From Octopus bimaculoides (taxonomy: Eukaryota): a stretch of 60,809 bases of DNA. Shown piece by piece: positions 50,520 through 60,809 of the stretch (position 1 is the first letter of the stretch; every line of letters starts with the position of its first letter). Made by a program: the position numbers and the translations under genes. Under the pieces are notes generated by a model that was not told where the DNA came from, made no database searches, and worked only from the letters and a program-made list of their open reading frames with translations. The DNA is taken from the NCBI RefSeq assembly GCF_001194135.2, contig NC_068986.1:98617510-98678318 (forward strand). The letters run 5' to 3'.

Positions 50520-50790
50520 GAACAAACGAGCCAACAAATCGTCCATAATTGTATTCTTTTGTATAGTGTAAAATTTGCACAAAAAACTTTTGTGAATTTC
50601 GTAACTCCTTGTGAGTTTGTTAAATCCTCCTCGCCACTGTTGCAATACAACGTCGGACTGTTATAACGTTCACTCTGATATAACACTCTGATATAACACG
50701 ACTATCTATGACCGACTACCGCCGACTGCCGATGTCACAGTATTTGTAACGACTAGTATATACCACTTGTCACGTGGGAGTGATGTCCCA
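50520..50790 (-). mobile_element. Possible Gypsy-type LTR remnant with primer-binding site
   Basis: Minus strand ..TATTGCAACA|GTGGCGAGGAGGAT (LTR end at 50638, PBS-like 50624-50637, cf. TGGCGACGAGG). No gag or pol seen. Confidence 0.4.
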
Positions 50791-50812
50791 TTACTATTAT
50801 TATTATTATTAA

Positions 50813-50866
<54 letters not shown>

Positions 50867-50874
50867 CATTATTA

Positions 50875-50905
<31 letters not shown>

Positions 50906-50906
50906 A

Positions 50907-50959
<53 letters not shown>
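50791..50959. repeat. (ATT)n microsatellite
   Basis: Direct reading. Confidence 0.95.
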
Positions 50960-50981
50960 CCCCATAAAAAATATAAGCAAA

Positions 50982-51276
50982 TAGACTCTCTTACGGCTAT
51001 TTCTAGAATAGCTAAACATGTGGATCGTGATATTGAGTAAGGACTCTAAAAGTTAAATATTCCGTCATCGGTTCCTAAAGGACCTTATTGTTAACTTTAT
51101 TATTTATTTGATCATGGAACTAACGAACACTTTTCGGTGTCATCCCGTCTTGATTTTTCAAAAAACTGGTGAGTACTAATATACTCGATTATTTTTTATC
51201 TTTTATTTGTTTCACTCGTTCGACTGCGGCCATGCTGGAGCGCTACCTTGAGGATATCTTTCATTTCTATATTTTC

Positions 51277-51362
<86 letters not shown>

Positions 51363-51484
51363 TTATCTATCTATCTAACTCTATCTATCTCTATCTGATG
51401 ACGATATACTCAGCCTATTGAATCCTTACTTCATATCATGATCCACATGTTTGGCTATTCTAGAAAAAGCTGTAAGAGACCCTA
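50982..51484. repeat. Inverted pair of ~90-bp modules (50982-51071 minus, 51395-51484 plus)
   Basis: TCCTTAC..ATATCA.GATCCACATGTTT.GCTATTCTAGAAA.AGC.GTAAGAGA occurs on opposite strands, each preceded by C.GATGACG. Confidence 0.8.
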
Positions 51485-51739
51485 TCGTTTATATTCTCTA
51501 TTTAAATTAAAAGTTTCTCGAGTGACGCTAAATGTTTTGCTTTTTCATTTAATATTTTAAGCTATATCCAAGTGCTCAAAGAGAAACCACTTCTAGCCAC
51601 CTTTGATAGGCATTCTTGACATAACATTGTTAAGTTGCAGTAGAATCCTGAATTTTAGGAGTAAACCAAACTGAGCACTCATAGTTTATGCCTGTTGTAG
51701 TACGTCAATTGACGAAAACTTGACTATTATCTCTGTCGC

Positions 51740-51802
<63 letters not shown>

Positions 51803-51829
51803 NNNNNNNNNNNNNNNNNNNNNNNNNNN

Positions 51830-51870
<41 letters not shown>

Positions 51871-52719
51871 TGCACAAACTTTCAGACTCTGGTGTCCACG
51901 GTGTGCTCTAATGTATGTTTTACAACTTTTTACATTTTCTATATATATTTCAGACACAATGGTTCTGACGATTATGTCTGATATATATAGATTATTGGAT
52001 TTATCCCAGTGATAGTGATATTTGCATGTTTTCACTAAGTCTGCGTTGAACCGCTTTGCTATTTATTTTATTGTTACTGTTTTGTCATCAAGATTTTCTT
52101 GGTGAATGAGATTCTTTGATTGGTCAGTATGAAGATCGTCTATCGATCAAAATATTTTTTTAACTATTTTCACATTTAGATAAATGTAATGTTCAAAATG
52201 TACGTCTTTAGCTTATTCTGTTCTAAAATCTCTGTAATCACTTTTATTCATATTTTTGTTTGTGTAGTTCTAGTCCCGATTCCATTGGTCAATATTCAAC
52301 AACTATGTTGAGTTCTGATTTTCTTGTTTTCCTTACTTTTCATAGGATTATCTCCATGATTTACGTCCAGTCTGTTTTTATTCTCGTTTTTGTTTCTTTT
52401 GTTACTTAGTTTTGAACCTATTTGCGTTTGCTTTATATATTTTTCCTTTTAAATGTTCAATTTTTTTTTTATGTCCGATATCATTAAGATTTTATAACAT
52501 CATGAAGCAGTTAATCTTCTTGGATTCAAACTTACATTAAATCAGGATTTTCATCGCCAACTAAAATACGTGTATGTCGCAGTAGTTTCGTTTCGTAGAT
52601 TGAGCAGATGTGAAAATATGCATAAAGTACAAAAACATATTCCTCTTGTATCTATTTATGGCTTTTCGGTTGTATTTGTGAGATTTGAGGGATAAAGTGC
52701 GACCTTTTATTTAGATTGG

Positions 52720-52891
52720 AAAGTGCTTAGCGGTATTTCGTCTGTTGCTACATTTTGAATTCAAATTCCGCCGAGGTGGACTTTGTCATTCATCGTTTCG
52801 GGTTTGATAAATTAAGTACCGGTTAAGTACTGGGTCGATATAATCGAATATACCCCTCCCCACAAATTCCAGCCCTTGTACCTACAGTACA

Positions 52892-52950
<59 letters not shown>
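52720..52950 (+). mobile_element. SINE family A (head-truncated) with (ATT)n tail
   Basis: GCTTAGCGGTATTTCGTC..TTCAAATTCCGCCGAGGT..GATAAATTAAGTACC..GGGTCGATATAATCGA, then (ATT)n at 52896-52950. Confidence 0.8.
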
Positions 52951-54169
52951 GCAAAAAAAAGAAGGGTGAACGATATTTCGGCATCTAGCATACCTTCCAC
53001 AGGTTCAAAAAATAAACTTGTCAATCTACTTTATCTTTGGCAATATTTTAGTGGTGGTGGTGGTGGTGGTGGTGAAGGAGGTATGTATGCATTGATTTTA
53101 AAAAAGAACTTTCGAATAACTTTCGTTGACTAATCAACCTCACCAGCTTCACTACACTATATTCTCAATATAAAAAGCTACTATGTATAACTAGTCTCTC
53201 TTTCTAGTGTTGTATGTTTTTCTTGTTGATTTATTTTTTTGATGTCATCAATCACTGAAAATGGTCTTCAGACGTAGGTGGGTAAAGCAAGATCCTTGAC
53301 GAGAGAGGGAAATTTGAATAGTTATGTGATGGTATCTGTTGGAAAATATTCAGTTACATGAAATTTTGTTTTCGGAAAGAAATTGAATACAATATAAAAA
53401 GGAGTAAACACACCAATATTTGTTGTAAAGCATGAAGCTTATAACCGAGAAAAAAATCTGACAATACATTATGTGCAAAGGCTTAACATTTTAAAAATAT
53501 TTATGGGCTGCTTTTTTTCTACAGAAAGTTACGTAGTACTAAAACTGTACTTATGACGCTAAATATATGAAACAGAGTTACTGATTATCCAAAAGACACT
53601 ACATCGTAGACACTAGATTTTGATTTTATTTGACATTTCAATGATGCTAGTTGCTCTGTGTTTGTCTTCGACAGTTCAACATACTGTCGCTTATAAATAT
53701 TTCGCTATTGGGATATAATCTAACGTTTGAAGAGTCTACTCTTAGAATGTCGCACTGGAAATTGCTAAGACTGGAATTAAAATGGCAGTGACCTTTCGGG
53801 TGGTATCTATTTTATTCTGTAGATGATGACAGGTTGACTATATTGATCATAAACCATGGTGATTACTCCTGTATTGTGAACTCACGGAAAGAGCAAATGC
53901 AGTCAAACAGCATTGGGTTGAACTATTGTGTGCGTTTAGATTCCGCAAAATTTTAACAACGTACTCAATTTTATGATGGTGTATATGAGATGGTATGCCT
54001 ATAATCCAAAAACTGTTTAGAAGCAGCAATGCAAGGATCATAGAAACGTTGCGTTCAACATCGATTATGAATGAGTACAGAATATGATAAACATATTCTT
54101 ATCTATGCAATGCATCGATGTCAAAATACCATTGATACATGTGTGTGTGTGTGTGTGCATGTGTGTGTG

Positions 54170-54800
54170 CGTAACAGATGCGAAAGTAAACAAATGTGGT
54201 CGACCAAATTGCGCAACATGCCCAAACATTCTAGAAGGTTCAGAATTCCTCTTCAAAGAGGGACACAAATTCAAAGTTAAATCTAACTTTACTTGTGCCT
54301 CAGAAAATCTTATTTATGTAATAAGATGTTCGGGCTGCCACGAGAACTACATAGGGTCAACAGGATTATCGCTCAGACGTAGATGCACTCTGCACCGCCA
54401 GCACATTGCACACCCAGAATACCGAATGATACCTTNNNNNNNNNNNNNNNNNNNNNNNNNNNNNNNNNNNNNNNNNNNNNNNNNNNNNNNNNNNNNNNNN
54501 NNNNNNNNNNNNNNNNNNNNNNNNNNNNNNNNNNNNNNNNNNNNNNNNNNNNNNNNNNNNNNNNNNNNNNNNNNNNNNNNNNNNNNNNNNNNNNNNNNNN
54601 NNNNNNNAAAAGGGGAAAAAATATAGAACAAAACCATGGTAAATTAATCAAATTCTAACACCTCCTAGATTTCGATTATCTCCCCTATACCGGAAGAAAT
54701 CCCTAATTACCTCCCCCTATCTAGAACTCTTCTTTCTCAGACTGGAACGAACACGACACAATGAAGTAGAGAAATTTGAAAAGACAACACGAAACCGGTT
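54170..54800 (+). mobile_element. Penelope-like element 3' fragment: Cys-rich linker plus GIY-YIG endonuclease, with gap inside
   Basis: Uninterrupted frame to the gap: KCGRPNCATCPNILEG..NFTCASENLIYVIRCSGCHENYIGSTGLSLRRRCTLHRQHI (IY-YIG, R, H). Starts at the edge of a (TG)n tract. Confidence 0.85.
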
Positions 54801-55096
54801 ATTTCTCAAAATACAATGTTTATATACCAAAAAGATTTTATAACATTTTTCTAACATTTTTCTAACATTTTTTCTGACATAATTTAAATATATACTTTAA
54901 CCATGTAACACAAGCCTTCTGTAGTTTTTTCACTCTTATTATCTTTTATATATTTATATATTTACAAATTTTGTTGATCACCAGAATCGAAAGAGTATTT
55001 TTTTTAATACGTTATAACTAAACAGTTTCGATTTCCACTATTTAAAGTGGCTCGTTACTGATCATCAGCTGATAAGCTGAATCTGGTTTTCTTTTC

Positions 55097-55231
55097 ATGA
55101 AAGTATTAAACTTGCTCGCTATCGTTCATACAGTATTACGCGTTTGAATTCGTATAATACTTCTTTTGTACCCATTATCGAACTGTTTACCATTTGTACC
55201 AATGTAAACTTTGGTCTTTCCACCATCGAAT
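55097..55231 (+). repeat. 135-bp unclassified repeat, copy 1 (partner 57171-57305)
   Basis: Ungapped alignment with 10 mismatches by manual count. Confidence 0.92.
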
Positions 55232-55349
55232 AGCCCACTGTCTGATTATTTTTTCAAATATGTAATGAAAGTTTGGAGAGAACGATTATCCTTGTTCTTT
55301 CGTTTAAAAACCATACATACGTATACATATTCGTTTCTACTATTAATCC

Positions 55350-55548
55350 TTTCTACTAAAAGCATAAGGCCTGAAGTTGTGGGGTGGGGGAACTAGTCGA
55401 TTACATCGACCCCAGTATTTTACTGGTGCTTATTTTATCGCCCCCGAAAGGATGAAAGGCAGAATTTGTACTCAGACCGTCAAGATGAATGAAATGCCGC
55501 TAAGCAGTTAACACTGTGTGCTAACGATTCTGCCAGCGCGCCGCCTTT
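55350..55548 (-). mobile_element. SINE family A
   Basis: Plus strand GTCGATTACATCGACCCCAG..GAAAGGATGAAAGGC..GAAATGCCGCTAAGCA..GCTAACGATTCTGCCAGCGCGCCGCCTT. Confidence 0.8.
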
Positions 55549-56250
55549 ACATATGTATACACATACATATTAAGAGCATTTCAAACCTGCAGTATTTTAT
55601 TCAAGTACGGAGGTAAAGCAGCATTGATCGACCTCTGAAGGTTTTCGAATTTGGAGGGAGTTGAGAAGAATAAATCACAGACCACAACATTTAGATCCCA
55701 GTAGGGATCAATACCACACGATACAGATTTCAGCCTCACGCAAGAGACTTGGTTTCAGTATGTGCAAGAATTTACTACATGAAAGTCACTGATGAGCTTG
55801 TATACATTTTCCGTTAAATGAAATTTCACTCACTCATTATGCTAATCATTAATTAATTTAAAGCTTTCATAAAACACACCTGGCCAGCTGCCACGTTGTA
55901 GGATCGAATCACGAACTAAGTCATTGGCAAAAGGACTTTTCAACCGCACGACTATGCGTGCGCTACTACAATATGTATCAATTATCTTAGATAAACCTCT
56001 TTAAATTATTAGCTTTCACACACAGCTGTGGTAATAAAAAGAGAATAATTGCATCGATTTGGTTTTAAGCATTATTTATTATATACGCAAGAAATGCATC
56101 TACAGTTTTAAAACATGTTTTGTTCTGTTCCAGTTATAAATTATTAATTTAAATGCAGAAAAACTGTAACCACACTGTATCATTTAGGAAAATACATCCC
56201 ACTCGCCGACACTTTCTTTACTGAATATGTTGTCTCTACCCTTGTGTCTC

Positions 56251-56286
<36 letters not shown>

Positions 56287-57049
56287 GGTTTATCTCTTCC
56301 CCTCCTCTCTCTTAATATATGTGTATGTGTGCGTGTTTAGTGAAACACGTGGAGACATATATATGAATATCTATATAGTTATACATAGAAATAAATATAA
56401 ATACATATATAAACTTATGCATATATATATATATATGTATGTGTATATGTGTGCGTGCGTGCTGTAGTTGTTTAGATGTGCAATCATGTATTGTAGTTGT
56501 GTGTGTGTGTACGTGTGTGTATGCGTGTGTGTGTCTGTGCTTGTGTGTGTGTGTGTGTGCGCCAGTTATAACTGAAAGAAGACGCTACATCCTTTGCCTG
56601 TGAAGGGCCTCTGAGATTAGTGAGATTTATACCCTGAACATTGTAGTAAATCTTTTGTAAATAGGCAACAGCAGAAATATACACGTAAATGGAGAAAATT
56701 CCAGAGTCACCGTATTTTGAGAAAAATGACTGAAAATATCCGTTAATGTTTAATCTGAGGTGTTGGACACAGTGTTGGTAGACGAGGGGTGAGAACAGAA
56801 GAGACAATTACGTCGGAAATTTCTGAATGAAGTTAGCACAAACCAGTTGATTCTGAGGAGCAGATGCCATTACAGAAACAACTGAAGAAGCAGAACTATG
56901 AGGTTAGTGTATATTTGCGATCGACATTTTGGTTTCACCTTAGTTGTATCAGGTTATGGAATGGAATACAACTGGTTGAACAATAATCCAGCTGGCTTTA
57001 CAATACTTGTTCTCAGATGTTCGATATGTTAGTGTTGCACATACAATGT

Positions 57050-57160
57050 CTTTTGGCGCACCTGCCTTGAAGCGTTTTAGTCGAACAGATTGACGCCAGT
57101 ACTTAATTTTTAAATCCGATACTTATTTTATCGGTCACTTTCGCCAAACTGCTAAGATGG
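57050..57160 (-). mobile_element. SINE family B tail fragment
   Basis: GCACCTGCCTTGAAGCGTTTTAGTCGAACAGATTGAC..ACTTATT..ATCGGTC is the reverse complement of the family B tail. Confidence 0.45.
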
Positions 57161-57170
57161 AAAATTCTTA

Positions 57171-57305
57171 ATGAAAGTATTAAACTTACTCGCTATCGTT
57201 TATACAGTATTACGCGTTTGAATTCGTATAATACCTCTTTTATACCCATTATCGAACTCTTTACTATTTGTACCAATATAATCTTTGGTCTTTTCCCCAT
57301 CGAAT
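57171..57305 (+). repeat. 135-bp unclassified repeat, copy 2
   Basis: See 55097-55231. Confidence 0.92.
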
Positions 57306-60199
57306 TTGATGCTATAATAACACATGATAGTAAATTCCGATCACACTTAGAAATAGATGCATCGAGAAATGTGTAAAAAGAATAATATAATAAAGTATCT
57401 CGAAGCTATAAACAATAACTTTTAATATATTGAGTTTAAAAATGCTAAATATTGTCTACACACACAATTCCACCGCCCATTTTCTGTACTGAAGTGCTAA
57501 CCTGTTGCACCAAAGCACCCTTTCCTCAATCTTACTGATTTAGACGCTTTTATCTTACAAGCGACAAAGTAATACAGTTATCTATAACTATTCACCTCGT
57601 GGTAAATGATTCATTAACATTTCTCGATACATCTTCATTTATATTCATAAGTATAAGCAGATTTTTTGGCATGAAAGATTAAAAGAAATGTCTAAAACGA
57701 GAATAGTGAGACCGAAATGAATTTTTGTGGAATTAGATAGTATTTTTAGAATGAGTAGAAAAGCGGCGTTATTATACGGATATTGTCAATCCTTCAATTG
57801 CAATACGTAGTGTGAAAAGTAAATGGAATAGGTTCGATCTGTACACTTAAATAACTGAGTTTACTGTTTGCATCTGGCGTTGAATGATTTCTTCCTAAGT
57901 CCTATATGGTACTTTTTTGTGCCGAATATTATGTGTCCAGGTCGGACACCAGCACCTGAGGACAAACAAGCATTAAATGGGCACAATAAAACGTTGATAC
58001 ATTTGTATTCTGGCGTTTGGATAAGAGTGTGTTTATTTTTATGACTGTTGGATTATCTTGGATTCGACGATTTGGCATTATTCTCAATGAAACTTTTATT
58101 AATTTGCCTTGCATGGAAATCCTTTCTGAATCAAAATTTCACGATGTGACACGATTTTTGTTCTTGGGTAGCAACTGTTATTTCCTATTTGATTACTCCT
58201 AGAAAGTACGAAAGATAGCTAGTATTTCCTTCAAATTTTGCTTTTGTCACATTTATTCAAACCCCAAAGAATCCCTCTCAACACAAGGTTATGATGCTCT
58301 CCTACTAATCCAGTTGATGATCAGAGGTGCACATATTGTCAACCGGTTAAGGGACATGTTCAAATGGACAAGGTAAAGCAACCAACAAGAAAATCTGTGA
58401 TATTGAGCAGGACATCTGCTATAATGATATTTCTGCTTCAACAACTCTGCATTGAATCTGTCTGAAATGTAATGGGAAATAGGTCAATTTCAAAACATTG
58501 ATGTCCAGGTCACAAAAGAAAAGTTTGAAGGGAATAATAGTCATTTCCTTTGATCTCTAGATAGAAGCAAATAGGAAATAACACTTATGGACCAAAGACA
58601 AAAATAAATTGTTACAGTGTTAACAGCTATACTGGATGTTACCTACATTTTGCAGTAAGATGTGGATGAACTAGATTTTGTCCATTTTCCTAGTTTTACT
58701 GTCGTGTATGGTTTCTTATAGGTGTTCTAGCTTTTGTTTCTCTCCTTCCAATCCAGTTCTTATGAATGCATTATTATAGTGAGATACGGTTCTATTTATT
58801 ATCCTCCTGTTCGAAGACAGTTTCACGACTTATATTATTTAAAATTTTATGATTTGCTTGTGGAGTATAGTTTCTGATTATATTTACTGTATCTTCATTT
58901 GGCTTTCTGTAAGGGTTCTACCTGCCTGCAACTAAATATTATGCGAGATCTAAGAGTTTCATACCCTTTAGATTAATAATGAACATTTGAAAATAAATTA
59001 TAATTGATTACAAGTACGACCATTTGCGGGATGAAAAAGTAATGCCTGCATGTTTCCCATTCATAATCCTATGCTGTGAGAGTTTGTTTATATTTAAGTG
59101 CTCTGAACCCTATTTATGTTTCCATGCAACCGAATTTACAAACAGAGCCGCCTAAATTTTTTACACGGAGTATTTTAGTCATAAATTATCATAATAGCCT
59201 CCTATTGTAAACCATTATTGTTTGAGTAAATCCGACCAATGAAAGACGAATATATATTTGACTTGTATTTTCGGTTTCTAAGAAAACCTAAACGTGAGCA
59301 CTCGTTTTTGTTTTGTTTGTTTGTTGTTTTTTTTTCGTTTGGGGTTGCGAGAAAATCCAAGTTAGCGATGGACTGAATTAATTCATGTTGTACTATATCC
59401 CCATTACTTTTTGTAATAATGCTTTATTATTCTTAGTCCTTAGCACAGATACTAGACGTCATTTGTCTTTCTTAATAATTAACTATTCTCATTTTGGCAG
59501 CCTGCGCTATATGAGCTAACATGTTTGATTGTACTAATGTCTTTTCGTTTGTTTGTCTTTTGAACATAATTAGTTGTTTTAATTTACAGTATTGGCACTG
59601 CGAGATATCTAGATCAGATAAAGTAGCAATATATTTTCATAACGTCGTAATAAAAATTAACTATCCAAGTGTAACTAATGATTATAATTTGTGGTTTGTT
59701 CTCAAAATGGTTCGTTTTTCTAGCTGATATCCTGAATAATTTTGAAGTACCATTCTATAGCCCGAAAATAAAATTGTTTTCTTTTAGAATCTTTTTTGTT
59801 TTTTTGTTTTTCGGCTGTTATTTTGTCACTTCAGCTATAATTGCGAAATTTCATGGAAATTTTTCTTCGACTAATTTATTGAGATGTTACAAAGATGGAG
59901 TGGTATTCTTTATTATAGATATTAAGGTCACACAATACTTGTAGCATGATGAATGAAACAAGTAATAAAAAAAGTCCTAATAAAGACAAAGTAAAAATAA
60001 AACTTTTCCAAGTGTGAGATATGACAAAATTATTTATGACACAGTGTAATATTTATAACTTTTCCGATAACATTGAGAGGCTTCCCACAAGGATTCGCAA
60101 GCATCCAGTTCTACAAGAGCATTAAATTATTTCTCTCCAACAAAGGCGACAGTATAACTTTAGCATAAAACGATATTACAATGAATGCTCTGCCCAACA

Positions 60200-60590
60200 C
60201 AGCAATCATCTCACTGACGCGCACCTTCTACCCATCTCATTTTCTACTGTACTTCAATTGTCTCTGTTCTCTTTCGATCAATAACAAGTAGGATACCACC
60301 CTCAAACTTTTTCATTTAATGAATCTGTCAACCTTTGTCAGCTGATCCACAACTGACTCCTCTCCTCTTATTTCAAAATCCTACTCTGACTACGTTCTTA
60401 CTAATCTATCTTCTATTCTTTGTTCACTCTGTAACATTATCTCCAACCGAGAGTTATATCAGATCTGACACATTTCTGCAAGAAAAAAAAAAACATTTCA
60501 GCACTGAGAAATTTTTATCTTTGTTGCTGATATTATTCTTGGATACATCATTATTGTTTTGGTCAGCACTCCCAGTTTCTGTCTACATCT
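60200..60590 (-). mobile_element. Possible very decayed RTE-type LINE fragment
   Basis: Purine-rich minus strand with a KVDRF-like motif. Compositionally similar to 18230-19260. Confidence 0.25.
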
Positions 60591-60809
60591 TTGAAATTTC
60601 GGGGATTCTCAAAGAGACGCCCTGGGCTCATGAATCAGTAGATTGGCAGGAAACGTTACACACACACATTTAACTATTTCTTCACATATATATATGTTTG
60701 TATTCCGATATATATATATACGTATATAAGCATGTGTATATATGTATATATAGATATATATGTCTTTGTGTGTATGTGTGTGTATGTATATATATATATA
60801 TATATATAT

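Noticed and set aside
56837-56902. 66-nt candidate exon HKPVDSEEQMPLQKQLKKQNYE with a GTTAGT donor
   Set aside because: The acceptor lacks a polypyrimidine tract and there is no recognisable homology or partner exon.
58220-58520. Segment that looks like a familiar interspersed repeat
   Set aside because: No motif or within-window copy supports a specific call.

Overview
AT-rich, microsatellite-dense eukaryotic DNA with 13 N-gaps (701-1101, 2744-3379, 11051-11344, 15459-15601, 20914-20923, 23220-23306, 25725-25734, 34105-34793, 42522-42535, 43678-44114, 45736-45816, 51803-51829, 54436-54607). The tRNA-derived SINE families and repeat density point to an octopus/coleoid cephalopod short-read assembly (inference from recalled SINE sequences, not a database hit). 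I found no intact host gene, rRNA, tRNA or CRISPR array, so the window reads as intron or intergenic DNA made of layered mobile-element relics. These are: a full-length frameshifted mariner with perfect 23-bp TIRs (9017-10307), pieces of three other mariners, a Tc1 relic split by a SINE, three R4/Dong-type LINE fragments, RTE relics, the 5' half of a Tx1/L1-type LINE, Penelope-like fragments including a GIY-YIG domain, and about 20 SINE copies. The most interesting signal is a set of minimal hammerhead-ribozyme-like motifs, one of which forms the apex of a 342-bp palindrome (14763-15104). Several unexplained local direct and inverted repeats are also present. None of this proves a new biological system, and the palindrome-plus-hammerhead element is the best candidate to test. 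Boundaries of degenerate elements are approximate (tens of bp), and all alignments were done by eye.
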